From Octopus vulgaris (Eukaryota), in NCBI GenBank assembly GCA_951406725.2, contig OX597821.1:34224001-34288000 (forward strand): DNA of 64,000 bases, read 5' to 3'. How positions within the stretch are numbered: position 1 is the stretch's first letter; the number at the start of each line of letters is the position of its first letter. The notes beneath the pieces are model-generated. The model made no database searches, was not told where the DNA came from, and worked only from the letters and a program-made list of their open reading frames with translations. Positions 24,895-38,679 of the stretch are shown here, piece after piece. Both the position numbers and the translations under genes were made by a program.

Positions 24895-25199
24895 CATGCC
24901 TGGTGCCACCTGAAAAGCATGCAGTCCACACTGTAAAGTGGTTAGTATTTGGGAGGGCATCCAGCTGTAAAAACCATGCCAAAACCGACCCCACCTGTGG
25001 TGGAGCCACATAAAAAGTCCTCAGTCCTCTCTGCGGGGTGGTTGAGGTTGGGAAGGGTATCCAACCATAAAAACCCTGCCGAAACAGACACAGTAGCCTG
25101 GGGTAGTCTTCTTACAACTGGCCAGCTTCTGTCAAACCATCCAACCCATGCCAGCATGGAAAGCGGACATTAAACAGTGGTGGGGTGTGGTGGTGGTGG

Positions 25200-25230
<31 letters not shown>

Positions 25231-25250
25231 GGAGGAGGAGGAGGAGGAGG
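24895..25250 (+). mobile_element. Diverged family D copies plus (GGT/GGA)n
   Basis: GGGCATCCAGCTGTAAAAACC and CCATGCCAGCATGGAAAGCGGAC. Confidence 0.7.
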
Positions 25251-26086
25251 AGAATATATAAAAATACTTTTTGCCAGGTTTGTCTATCTCAGAGTTCTTA
25301 GCTTCTTGTTTATACCTTGTTTTCACACAGTGATAGAGATTTTGAGGTTGTCGAGGTATAGATTTCTCATTCTTTTTTTATACTAATCAGTCAACTGGTT
25401 TCTTTTAATAATTCATTTTAGATCTTCAGCAGTTGCTTAGTGTTTATTCTCTAAATGCATCAAGCCCTCCTTCTTAATGTCTGTGGTATCTATATCCTAA
25501 TAATGTCAGTTTTACAATGGTACTCTCAGAAATTGCAGAATAGTTTCCTGGTTTTCCCCATCAAAGCACTTTAGCTCACTTAACTCCACATATATTAAAT
25601 CAAAATGGCTTTTTATAACTGGAATGATTCAGGTATATTTACCATTATGGTAAACTCCATGAATAACAGAATTTTTTTTTTTTTACCAAAATCAAGATTA
25701 GAATTAGGAATATACACAACAGATAAGTATTAAACTGAAAAGTGTTTTTCCCTGTCTGTTGTTATTTAAAAAAAATAAAGTCCTAAAATAGATAACAATG
25801 CAATAAAGCTTTCACATTTCATAACAACTATTATATGGGTACAAAAGGATATTTATTTGTTCCCATCAAAGCTTTTTGCAGCTGTTCTATTGCCTTGTTT
25901 AATGGTAGGGTTTATCAATTTTAATTTATCAGTTAAGAAAAGCTTCAGCACCATGATGGGTAAACATGTCAGAAAATAAACAATTTTTGAAAGTTATGTC
26001 ATTGTTTGCATATAATTAGTTATAGATAAGCTAACAGCTAATAGAGATAATATCCTATTGAAGATGTATCATTTTATATAAAATAT

Positions 26087-26488
26087 GAATCTTTTCGGTT
26101 TGAACGGCAGTTTTTTAACTTAATTTCTAGGTAACTAAGCACTTTTAAACTTCGTATACTGGTAGAATGTGTTTATAAAACATCTTTTTCTCTTGGCTTT
26201 ATTGAGAAAATTCTATAGTTTGTAAGATATTTGTTGTTTTTTTTCCTTCAATTTCTGCAATTTCAACCAATCACTGGCGTCTATTGAGGTAAAAAACATT
26301 CTGTGCCATATGAATATGTCCCTCGTTTAAGAAACAGATTGGGTTTATTTACATTTGTGAAGATAAAAAGATACCCTTCCCCTCACCCCTAACCCTAACC
26401 CTAAAATATCGATACTAGGGTCATAATTATGGGTGATAATTTCATATGACACCGCTAGAAAAAACTGCCGTTCAAACCGAAAAGATCC
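26087..26488 (+). mobile_element. MITE with about 30-bp TIRs and internal telomeric-type repeats
   Basis: GAATCTTTTCGGTTTGAACGGCAGTTTTTT ... AAAAAACTGCCGTTCAAACCGAAAAGATCC; internal CCCTAACCCTAACCCTAA. Confidence 0.85.
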
Positions 26489-26504
26489 TAAAATGTATAT
26501 TAAT

Positions 26505-26720
26505 ATAAGGTGGCAAGCTGGTAGAATGGTTAACATGATAAGCAAAATACTTAGTAGTATATTGTCTGTCTTTATGTTCCAAGTTCAAATTCCACCGAGG
26601 TTGACTTTGCCTTTCATCCTTTTGGGATTGATAAAATAAGTATCAGTTGAGTGATGGAGTCAATGTAATCGACTCATTCCCTTTCCCGAACTTACTGGCT
26701 TTATGCCAAAATTTGAAATC
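26505..26720 (+). mobile_element. SINE family B, diverged
   Basis: B head and Meta-like domain. Confidence 0.75.
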
Positions 26721-26732
26721 AATATATACGTA

Positions 26733-27532
26733 CGAGGGTGAGTCAAAAAGTAATGCCATTTTGTTTAGAACAGGTATAATTACTAACACAGGTACATGTA
26801 CCATACATCAAAATGAAGCTTCTTATGAGTTTATTGTTTTTCCTTTTGGCAAGAAATCAACCAGAATGACACCTTGAGCATCCCAAAAGACAGCTGCCAT
26901 GATTTTTCCAGCTGACTTTTGTGACTTGAACTTTTTCGGTGGGGGTGACATTGAGTGGAGCCATTCCATTGACTGCCTCTTTGATACCGGTTCATAATGA
27001 TGAATCCATGTTTCATCACCTGTTACAAGCCTTCAAAATAAGGTGTTGTCTCTTTGACTTTGTAGTGAAGAAGTGGCTCAAAGAAGAGTCGACAGAATTT
27101 TATGGGGCAGGGATACATGCTCTCATTTGAAGGTGAAATTTTGCTATTGAGAGAAACACTGACTATGTTGAGAAGTAGGGATATGGTCCACAGAGAACCA
27201 GCTTCATTTTGATGTATGTTAATGTTCATCATCATCATGTAACATCCGCTTTCCATGCTAGCATGGGTTGGACGATTTGACTGGGATCTGGCGAACCAGA
27301 CTCCAATCTGATCTAGCAGAGTTTCTACAGCTGGATGCCCTTCCTAACGCCAACCACTCTGAGAGTGTAGTGGGTGCTTTTACATGCCACCGGCACGAGG
27401 GCCAGTTTGGTGGTACTGGCAACGGCCACGTCCAAATGGTGCTTTTTATATGCCACCTGCACAGGAGCCTGCGCTGTGTTGGTAATTATACCTGTCCTAA
27501 ACAAAACGGCATTACTTTTTGATTCACCCTCG
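26733..27532. mobile_element. Rearranged mariner (irritans-like) element interrupted by family D (about 27226-27470, minus)
   Basis: TA|CGAGGGTGAGTCAAAAAGTAATGCC...GGCATTACTTTTTGATTCACCCTCG|TA; minus strand VTGDETWIHHYEP...SAGKIMAAVFWDAQGVILVDFL; plus strand KKWLKEESTEFYGAGIHALI...DYVEK*. Confidence 0.92.
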
Positions 27533-28084
27533 TACATACATAAATATGTTTACTTACATGCAATTTTTATTTTACACTGCTTTCCTGGATTCCACTGACT
27601 CTCTGTTGCCAACCAATTCTATTACTTTGAATTTGAATTGGGAGATGGAGTTATAGGGAATTTTTCATTAGCTGATTACGCAACAATAGACACCACCCCC
27701 TATGGGTGTGTTGGAGTTACTCTCTCAAGAGAGATCGATGATCCTTAACATTGATCTTCTAGGTTTCCCTTGCTTAGTGTCAATATAGGAAGCACTGTTG
27801 GCTCAGTTGAGCTCTTCTGCTACCTCTTCACAAACCATCATGCTTTAAGCCCATGACTTCACCTTATCCCTGGCAGGGTGGCTGAATGGGTGCTATGCTT
27901 TCTCAAAGAGCAGGCCCATAACTGGTTGTCACACTGTGAGGTATAATACCCACATACCCCCCCCACACACACACACATGCTCACACACACACACATGCAC
28001 ATATATATGTAGGACTGAGTTACCTGATGCCTTGCAGTACTCAAAAAGATGAGTACTCGGTAGCTGAAGTGTTAAGACCAATTT

Positions 28085-28760
28085 ATTCTGGTGGTATAAA
28101 GCACTTGTGGTGGTGCCATATAAAAGCATTTGTGCAACATCACATGAAAGTGCCTGTGCAGTTCCACGTAAAAGAACCCATATGGCACCACATAAAGCAC
28201 CTGTGTGACAGCACATAAAAGCACATGTGCAATGCCTGTAAAAGCACCCAGAACATTCTGTAAAGTAGTTGGCATTAGGAAAGGCATCCAACCGTAGAAA
28301 CCATGCCATATCAAACTGGAGTTTGGTGCAACACCCCAGCTTCCTAGCTCTGGTAACACCATCCAACACATGCGAGCATGGACAATGGATGTTAAATGAT
28401 GATGATAATGATGATGTACGTATATATATGTATATATATATATATTTATACATACATACATACATACCATCCGAACGTTGCCAGCCCCGCCTTGGTTGGC
28501 TTCTGTGCCACTGGCACGTTAAAAGCTCCAACTGATCATGACCGATGCCGGACCCCCCCTGGCACCTGTGCAGGTGGCACGTAAAAAGCACCCACTACAC
28601 TCGCGGAGTGGTTGGCGTTAGGAAGGGCATCCAGCCGTAGAAACTCTGCCAGATCAGACTGGAGCCTGGAGCAGCCCCTGGCTTCCCAGACCCCGGTCGA
28701 ACCGTCCAACCCGTGCTAGTGCGGAAAATGGACGTTAAACGATGATGATGATGATGATGA
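28085..28760 (+). mobile_element. Two family D copies (old with roughly 24-bp amplified units; young at about 28467-28760)
   Basis: D tail signatures and (GAT)n ends. Confidence 0.85.
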
Positions 28761-29038
28761 TTATATATTATATATATATGTATATATAAAGTCAAATTGA
28801 ACATTAAAAATAACACATAAGAAAATAGCAAAAAGATGTACACATGGAGTGTATAAGCTCGATACACAGTAAAGGTGGTTACATACAATAATTTTTAATA
28901 TTATACAAGAATTTTTGCTGATATCCATTATCTTTCTTTTGGTATTAAATTCAGTCTACTTTTGAAATAAACCTCACATTTAAAAACAATTTTCTACTCC
29001 ATTTCCATATGTCATATCTTATCAGGTACATCTGTTCC

Positions 29039-29128
<90 letters not shown>

Positions 29129-29131
<3 letters not shown>

Positions 29132-29548
29132 TCATCATTATCATCATCATCATCATCATTTAGTGTCCGTTTTCCATGCTAGCATCGGTTGGACGGTTCA
29201 ACTGGGGTCTGTGAAGCCAGAAGGCTGCATCAGGCCCAGTCTGATCTGGCAGTTTTTCTTCCTAACACCAACCACTCCGCGAGTGTAGTGGGTGCTTTTT
29301 ACGTGCCACCCGCACAGGTGCCAGACGGAGCTGGCAAATGGCCACGAACGGATGGTGCTTTTACGTGCCACCGGCACGGGGGCCAGGCGGGGCTGGCAAC
29401 GGACACGAATGGATGGTGCTTTTACGTGCCACCGGCACGGAGGCCAGTTGGGGCGGCGCTGGCAATGGCCACGAACGGATGGTGCTTTTTACATGCCACC
29501 GGCACGGGGGCCAGGCGAGGCTGGCAACGGCCACGAAGTGATGGTGCT
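29129..29548 (-). mobile_element. Family D with four GC-rich tandem units
   Basis: Repeated GGTGCTTTT(T)ACGTGCCACC.GCAC.G..GCCAG...CTGGCAA.GGCCACGAACGGAT. Confidence 0.9.
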
Positions 29549-29629
29549 ATAAATGGTTCTCTTCTTGTTTCTTGATTCCAATACTGAAATCTAACTCAAT
29601 ATTTTCAGTTTTAATATATTTGTTTTGAG

Positions 29630-30070
29630 AAGGCGGTGAGATGGCAGAAGTGTTAGCACGCCGGGCGAAATGCTTGGCGGTGTTTCGTCTGCCTTTACGT
29701 TCTGAGTTCAAATTCCGCCATGGTTAGCTTTTCTTTTCATCCTTTCAGGGTTGATAAATTAAGTACCATTTGTGTAATGGGGTTGATCTAATTGACTGCC
29801 CCCCCCCTACCCAAAAATTTTGGGCTGTGTGCCTAGAGTAGAAAAAAAATATTCATTATACTGGAAAGCGGTGAGCTGGTAGAAACGTTAGCCTGCTGGG
29901 CAAAATGCTTAGCGATACGTTGTCTGTCTTTACCATCTGTGTTCAAATTCCAGCAAGGTTGATTTTGCCTTTCATCCTTTTGAGGTCGTTACATTAATTA
30001 CCAGTTGTGTACTAGGGTTTATCTGGCCCCCTCCCCCAAAATTTCAGGCCTTGTGCCTAGAATAGAAAAG
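29630..30070 (+). mobile_element. Two tandem family B SINEs
   Basis: Heads at about 29630 and 29864. Confidence 0.8.
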
Positions 30071-30094
30071 AATATATTTGCTTGCTCAAGACAG

Positions 30095-30382
30095 CAAGTA
30101 GTAGTAGTAGTAGTAGTAGCAGCAGTAGTAGTAGTAGCAGCAGTAGTAGTGGTAGTAGTGGTAGTAGTAGCAGCAGCAGCAGTACTAGCAGTAGTAGCAG
30201 CAGTACTAGTAGTAGCAGCAGCAACAGTATTATTATGATTATTATTATTATTTGTAGTAGTAGTAGTAGTAGTAGAGTAGTGGCAGCAGCAGTACTAGCA
30301 GTAGTAGCAGCAGTACTAGCAGTAGCTGTAGCAGTGGCAGCAGCAGTAGTAGGAGGAGGAGGGGGAGGAAGAGGAGGAGCAG
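30095..30382. repeat. (AGT/AGC)n and (GGA)n trinucleotide microsatellites
   Basis: Direct reading. Confidence 0.95.
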
Positions 30383-30814
30383 CTGTGAGGTGTAAATACT
30401 CTATCACTGCAATATTTGAGATTTTCCGATCAATTTTGAAGCAAAACTAAATAGGTATTAAAAAACAAAACAAAACAAAACAAGAGAAAGAAAAACGCGA
30501 AGAAGAAAAGAAAAAGAAAAAAAGGGAAGAGAAAGAACTCCCTTAAGGGTTCCTCAGAAGTGCTAGATTAGAAGCAGGAGGAGCAAGGTATGGCTCCTGA
30601 AGGGCATGGAAGGGGATAGGGCAGAGCATCAAGTGTAAAGTCAGAGAGAAGAAGAGTCAGGCACCAGATCGTGGCATTGATTTTTGCATGATTTGGTAGT
30701 TTCAAACATTGATTGATTTGGGGAACGAGGGTGAGGTGACGGGGTGGTGACGGGGTGGTGACGGAGGTGGTGTTAATTGTGGGGGAATGGAGTTGGGGTG
30801 GGTGGAGAGAGTGT

Positions 30815-30824
30815 GGTAGTGTTG

Positions 30825-30856
<32 letters not shown>

Positions 30857-31430
30857 GGTGGCAGTGGAGAATTTCAGTGGTGACAGTAGTGGTGGTTGTT
30901 GGTAGTGGTACTGACTGCGGTGGTGGTTGTAGTGGCAATGGTGTTGGTGGTAGTGTTTACTGTTGTGGTGGTGGTGGTGATGGTTGTTGTTGTTGTTGGT
31001 GGTGGTGGTGGTGGCAGTGGAGAATTACAGTGGTGGCAGTAGTGGTGGTTGTTGCTAGTGGTGCTGACTGCTGTGGTGGTTGTAGTGGCAATGGTATTGG
31101 TGGTACTGTTTACTGTGGTGGTGGTGATGGTTGTCGTTGTTGTTGTTGTTGTTGTGGTGGTGGTGGTGGTGGTTGTGGTTGTGGTTGTGGTTGTGGTGGC
31201 AGTGATGGAATTAATGATAATATTTATTGTGGTAGTGATGCTAATGGTGATAGTAATGACGTTGATGTTGGTGTTGATGTTGGTGGTGGTGGTGGTGGTG
31301 GTGCCGGTGATGGTAGTGACAGTGATGGTAGTGACAGTGATGGTGGTAGCAGTGGCAGTGATGGCATTAGTGGTGGTGGTGGTGACGATGGTGATAACGT
31401 TAGTTGTTGATTGTTGTTACTGTTGCTGTT
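30815..31430. repeat. (GGT/TGT)n low-complexity tract containing a 153-bp tandem duplication
   Basis: GCAGTGGAGAATT at 30861 and 31014, with co-linear downstream sequence. Confidence 0.85.
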
Positions 31431-31681
31431 GAGTCCCAGACCAACCCTGATCAGACAGATGCATTGTCATGCCACTCCAGCTGTGACCATCCTATCTTCT
31501 ATAATACTGTCTGGCATCATGCATTTAGGCGTACATTATCCAATCCATCATTCCTTTTTCTTTTTCTTTTTTAAGAGAGGCTAGAGTGTAATTTGAAGGT
31601 GATGTGGCTGTTATTTCTAGCAGGTTGAATGAACATGTCAAGGTTCCATCACTGCTTGAAATAGCAATGACAATGACAGAT

Positions 31682-31960
31682 TGATGATGGTAGGGGAGGG
31701 AGCTGATGGTGTTGATGATGACGACGATGATGACAACATTGATGATGATGATGATGATGATGACGATGACGATGACGATGACGACGATGACGATGATGAT
31801 GATGATGATGGTGATGACGACTGCGACGACAAGGACGATGATGATGACGATCATGACGATGACGATCATGACGACGACGATGATGATAATGATGATGATG
31901 ATGACGACGACGATGATGATGATGATGATGATGATGATGACGATGGCGGTGGCGGCGGTA
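31682..31960. repeat. (GAT/GAC)n microsatellite
   Basis: Direct reading. Confidence 0.95.
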
Positions 31961-32379
31961 TTAATGATAAAATGGCAGGGGAGTGGGCGGAGAGATACAA
32001 AGGTGCCAGAGGTATGACATGAAATGAAAGAAAATGGAGCAGGGGGAAGGATACGACGTGGGAGAGGGTGGCGTTTGTTATTGGATTCTTTGGAAGAGTG
32101 CTGGAATTTATTAATAAAAACCCACGTGCTCTACCTCCTTAGTCGATTGTGTTTAAGCAGAAGATAAATATTTACAAGAGTAATGGTAGGTAAAAACAAA
32201 GGTGGTGGTGGTGGTGGGGTGTATGAGGAGGAGGAGGAGGAGGAGGAGGAAGAGAAGAAGAAGAAATGTGATGTATGCGAATAAATGGAAACTTTTTCGA
32301 ATGAAAAATGTATTGATGAAAAAGCAAGCTCCCACTGGTGCAATGCATAATGTGTGTGTATTAATATATATGCGCATAC

Positions 32380-32785
32380 GTTGGCATCCTTTTTGTCTCG
32401 GGAGACAATGGAGTTGCGCATAAAATAGTCCAGTCCGGCTTTTACATTTCATGTCCCGATACATTTCCTGCTGTGGCTGTGTATGTAGTCCTATCCTGGA
32501 CAAACACTACCTCTGGCAGGTACCGCAAATGTAGCAAAGACTGTTCCTGGCTGGTTGTAGTGTCATAGTTTCTTGTTGACGTCTTTTCTTTTTCTTTCCA
32601 TTTCTCCTCTCTTTCTCTCAGTCACTCCTTTGTATTCCCTCTTTTACGGTACGTCGCCAATCTCCACGGTTGCTGGCAATTGCTTCCCAACTGCTAATAT
32701 TGATGTTGCAGGCCTTCATATCCCTTTTGCAAACATCCTTGTAACATAAGAACGGTCTACCCACAGACCTAGTACCCCTAGTTCA
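32380..32785 (-). mobile_element. RTE-clade (BovB-like) LINE 3' fragment
   Basis: Minus strand GTRSVGRPFLCYKDVCKRDMKACNINISSWEAIASNRGDWRRTV...CGTCQR.CLSRIGLH; 3' UTR CCATTGTCTCCCGAGACA. Confidence 0.85.
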
Positions 32786-33506
32786 GGGTTGGGGATTCTG
32801 CCATGCACATACGTACATGCATATATACATACATACATTCATCCATCCATCCATCCATACATCCATCCATCCATCCAGCCATACATACATACATACATAC
32901 ATACATACATACATACATACGCCCAAGGTACCACACAGTGGGACTGAACCCTGAACTATGTGATTGGTAAGCAAGCTACTTGCCACACAGCCACTCCTAC
33001 GCCTATGTATAGGAAACGTATGTAACCTAGGTTTTACCTGCTCCATTCCATCAATTTAGATTTGTATTCACATTCATAGCAACCCTAGTTGCACTTCCTC
33101 TCCCCCCCCCCACACACACTAACTATACATAGACACACATAGAGGTATATGCATGCACAAATAAAGATGCATACATTAGGAATACAAAATACAAAATGGC
33201 TGACCGTTAGTAAGGAGAGACACACAAATAAGAAAGAAGAAAGCAAAGGACCACTGATGCGGTAGAGTGTGAGAAAAAATGAAAGCTGAAGCACAGGAGT
33301 GTGATGAAAAGATTAATGTAAAAAATAAAATAGAGTGTGTGGGAGAGAATGCTGAAGCAAATAAATTGATGAATAGAGGTTACACGTTTCATACATATAG
33401 GAGGCTAGTAGCGCAATGTATGTGTATTAATGGTGGATGGATGGATGATAAATATATAGTGAGTGTGTTTTTATTGGCTAAACTTGCAAAATGTCCATTC
33501 CTAAAT

Positions 33507-33571
<65 letters not shown>

Positions 33572-33574
<3 letters not shown>

Positions 33575-33860
33575 TATATACAAGAAAAGAAGCAACAAGA
33601 ATGGATTAGTTTTTAGTACAATTGTTTCATACAAAGACAGGCTTTATTAAAAGTTGCAAATATTGCAGCTTTTAATAAAGCCTGTCTTTGTATGAAACAA
33701 TTGTACTAAAAACTAATCCATTCTTGTTGCTTCTTTTCTCGTTTATAATCACCCCACACTACTGTATTGGTTAACACCATATAGTTTTCTGGTGCATCTA
33801 AGTTAAGTACCGCATTCAAGTGAATTCATTAGAATCGACTTGAATCTTAATTGCTTTTAT
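33572..33860 (+). mobile_element. Fold-back element in (TA)n, probable Penelope-like terminus
   Basis: 77-bp near-perfect inverted repeat 33583-33659/33663-33739 plus unique tail; GAAACAATTGTA with palindromic stem III. Confidence 0.6.
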
Positions 33861-33879
33861 ATAAGTATATATATATAAG

Positions 33880-33931
<52 letters not shown>

Positions 33932-33936
33932 AGAAA

Positions 33937-34306
33937 GGTGTAGGTATGGCTGTGTGGTAAGAAGCTTCCTTCTCAACTGTGTGGTTTCAGGTTCAGTCCC
34001 ACTACATGGCACCTTCGGCAAGTGTCTTCTTATACCCTTGGGCTGACTAGTGGATTTGGTAGATGGAAACTGAAAGAAGCCCGTGTATATATATTTATGC
34101 GTTTGTGTCTTTGGGTCTGAGTTTGTCCCCCTACCATTGCTTGACAACTGATGCTGGTGTGTTTATATACCCATAACTTAGTGGTTCGCCAAAAGAATTT
34201 GATAGAATAAATACTTGGCTTACAAAGAATAAATCCTGGTGTTAATTTCTGCAACTAAATCCCTTTAAAGCAGTACTCCATCATGGCCACAGTCAAATAA
34301 CTGAAA
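33937..34306 (+). mobile_element. SINE family A, full length, diverged
   Basis: Head, CORE-like motif and tail present. Confidence 0.85.
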
Positions 34307-34314
34307 CCCGTAAA

Positions 34315-35243
34315 GAAATACCACCCAAACATGGCTGATGCCAGTGCTGCCTTGACTGGCATCCATGCTGGTCGCACGTAAAAAGCACCAACCGATCATG
34401 AACATTGCCAGCCTCCTCTGGTACCTGTGCCGGTAGCACATAAAAAGCATCCACTACACCAGTGGTTCCCAAACTATGAGTCGCACCCACAGATGGGTCG
34501 CGAACGGAATCTTAGTGGGTCGCAAAAAGTTATAAAATTACGCATTAGCTTTGATTAACTGCTGTCTATCGAGATAGTTCAAGACTTATGTTTTCAATAC
34601 CAGACTTGTTGTTTTATCAAGCAGTAGGCTTTTTCACGAACTTAACAAATCAGAGGTTGTCATTTTCTCAAGTTATTTATTCGTACGTAATCGTAAAAAG
34701 GAAAGGTCTGTTTTTACCTATTTAACTAGGTGAAGAACTTTGACTAGGCGAAGTATAACACTGATCGAGCCGATAACAGTTACTACTGTTATCGGCAGCA
34801 ATGGTTGGGATTATAAGCAAATATCGAAATAAACTGCAGCTCTCAAATTCTTTACGCCTGAAACCATCATGCATTGAACCTGATGTTAATTCTATTATTG
34901 AGAGTAGCAAGAAACAGGCTCGTCCTCACAGGCCTCACTGAAGATGTAATCTGATAATAAATGTGTTAATTTCTTTCATGTTTTTACTCGGTAGAGTTAA
35001 GTGGGTCGTCATAAACTGGTGTGATAAATAGTGGGTCGCGACTCTAAAAAGTTTGGGAACCACTGCACTACACTCATGTAGTGGTTGGCGTTAGGAAGGG
35101 CATCCAGCTGTAGAAACACTGCCAGATCAGACTGGAGCCTGGTGCAGCCTCCTGGTTTCCCAGACCCCGGTCGAACCATCCAACCCATGCTAGCATGGAA
35201 AACGAACGTTAAACGATGATGATGATGATGATGATGATGATGA
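34315..35243 (+). mobile_element. Family D copy split by a hAT insertion
   Basis: D sequence resumes after the duplicated CACTACAC. Confidence 0.85.
34460..35065 (+). mobile_element. Non-autonomous hAT (Charlie/Buster-like) element
   Basis: TIR CAGTGGTTCCCAAACT/AGTTTGGGAACCACTG; perfect 8-bp TSD CACTACAC; remnant KYRNKLQLSNSLRLK...KQARPH. Confidence 0.92.
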
Positions 35244-36454
35244 ATTAAAACAAGATTAGCTTTTTAATTTAAGAGGAGAATAATTTTATTCTAAGTGTTT
35301 ATATGTATGGAAAACGAAAATATAAAGATACATTTTCACAGAATATATGTTCTCACATCATTGTTCAATTGAAATTATATTGGTATATGGTACTCTTAAG
35401 GTGAGATTGGCATATATGATTTTTTTATAAATATATGCAACAAAAGTGAGAAAGATGGAAGAAAATACGGAAAAAATAAGGGGTTACATGTTGCTTCAAG
35501 TCTGTATAGAAAAAGAATTTAGTATATATATTTTGGAGGTTTTTAGCTAAAAGGGGTGTGTTTGTAGTATGCAAAAAACATCACATTTAACTGACCTGGA
35601 TCCAGTTTCACAGATTTCAATCTCTAAGTTTTATATAATTTTTTTTCATATTTTTTCCATATTTAAAACCATGTGTGATTCAATGATTAGATAGGTATGT
35701 TGCTTATATATATATATATATATATATATACATACACATATATGTATATATATGTGTATGTATATATATGTATATATATGTGTATGTATATATACATATA
35801 TATACATACACATATATATATACATACTTAGATACATACGGATACACACAAACATGCACACACACACACACACGCACACACAAGACAGATGAACAGATAT
35901 GAACCAAAGCTAAACAAATATAGCATGTAGAGTTGGTACTTATGTGTGTGTGTGAAGCTGTGTGTGTGCATGTGTGTGTGTATATGTATGTATATATATA
36001 TGTGTGTGTATATATATATATAAAAAATTTTTACTGTATCACAGTTTTTTTACGCTAGGCCACTTAGTGTTTTAAATTGATGTTATTAATTAATATTCAA
36101 TTTTCTTCACCTTTATTGTGATTTTAATTTATATATATATTATATTATATTAAATTAGAGACAAAACCACTATTATGCAAATCAAACAAAGAAAGACTTA
36201 ATCCAATACATAAAAAATTTTATATAAATTAAATAAAATTAAATAAAATTAAATAAATTTGGATTTATTCCCTAATATTTATTATTATATATATATATAT
36301 ATGTATGTATGTACTCTCTTCCGCTCTCTGGTTGGGTAACCATGGACCCCCTCTACAAGACATCTGTTTCTGCCTCTCTGTCACACTGTAGTCTGACACA
36401 ATGTCACCTCCTCCAATACCCCCTCCTCACCCATAGATTATTTGTCTTAACAAA

Positions 36455-36820
36455 GTCACTTGGTGACCCTGCCAGTGCAGGTGCCACTTAAAAAGCACCC
36501 AGTCCACACTGTAAAACAGTTGGCATTTGGAAAGGTATTGGCATTAGGAAGGGCATCCAGCTGTTGAAACTCTGCCAGATCAAAACTGGAGTCTGGTGCA
36601 GCCATCTGGTTGCCAGCTCTCAGTCAAAATCGTCTAACCCATGCTAGCATGGGAAACGGACGTTAAATGATGATGATGATGATGATGATGATGATCCAGC
36701 TGTAAAAACCATGCCAAAACAGACACAGAAGTATGACGCAGTCTTCTGCTAGGCCAGCTGCTGTCAAACCGTCCAACCCATGCCAGCATGGACGGAGGAC
36801 GTTAAATGAGGATGATGATA
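36455..36820 (+). mobile_element. Family D copies (nested/tandem)
   Basis: Two D tails ending at about 36693 and 36820. Confidence 0.8.
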
Positions 36821-37064
36821 TCCCAAGTATCCTGTTTACTGATGACAAAGGTGAGGCAGCTACCAGTTTGGAGCCTAGTGAAAACGCACCTCTTACACTT
36901 CTTATATTATGTTTAAACGATCAGTACGAGGAAGAGCAGGAAGCTATAGAAATATCATGCCGTAGCTTTGATGCTTGCGTGAGATGTTATCCATTGGCAT
37001 GACAGGTCCCTGTTTGAACTCATCGAACCCAAGCCAACAAGGAAAAAAATAATGTAAAAAGCAC

Positions 37065-37385
<321 letters not shown>

Positions 37386-37953
37386 AATGCATTCACATGT
37401 GCATTTATATATGTGTGTGTGAGTGTTAAATTTATATAAATACACATGCACACACACGTGTATGTATACATATTTTTGTGTGTACATGTATATGTCTATA
37501 CACTCACACATGCATAAACACAAATATACACATATATACATTCACATGCGTGCACGAACACACACACACATACACATACACACACAAGTATATGCATATG
37601 TATGCATCTCCACACAAATCAGAGACAAAGATACATGACATGTCCGCATACAACATGCATGCATACATGCATTTCTGAATGCAATCACTTTTTCTATCAA
37701 GCTTGCAGCATCATAATTTGATCTGTTTATAAGATGATGCACAGCGAATGGCAACGTGTACTTGGTGACATGCATGCATTTAGGCATGCGGCAAAATGCA
37801 TCAGTAATAACGGTGTCGATAGCAGGTGAAAATAATTTACGCAATTCTAATATGGAAAGACAAAATACAGAAGTACAAGTTATTGTAGAACTATATATGT
37901 TGCTATACGTACTTGATTTTGAGTACATACATACGTGAGTGTGTTCGTGGGTT

Positions 37954-37995
<42 letters not shown>

Positions 37996-38074
37996 TTTGT
38001 GCTTTTGTGATTGTAGTAATTCTTATTATCAACATAGCAATTGTCGCCGTATTCCTTGTTGTGACCACTGGCGG

Positions 38075-38465
<391 letters not shown>

Positions 38466-38679
38466 ATTTGTTTTTATCACTAACATCACTTTTATCAACT
38501 TGATGATCCATTGCTGTCGTCATTATTGTCATCATGACACTTTATCCACATCCTCATCATTTTCCCCTATAGTCATTTGTTATCATTATCAACTTCATTA
38601 TTGTCTTCGTTATGATCCATTATCATCATTCCCACCATCACCACCAACATCATCAACATCATCTTTCGCATGTGCTTTT

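Noticed and set aside
25385-25440. Minus-strand CTGAAGA...GAAACCAGTT hammerhead-like string
   Set aside because: Stem I and stem II pairing not convincing
29290-29548. CRISPR-like repeat/spacer appearance
   Set aside because: Eukaryotic context, no cas genes; variable parts are short loops in tandem units of a dispersed retroelement
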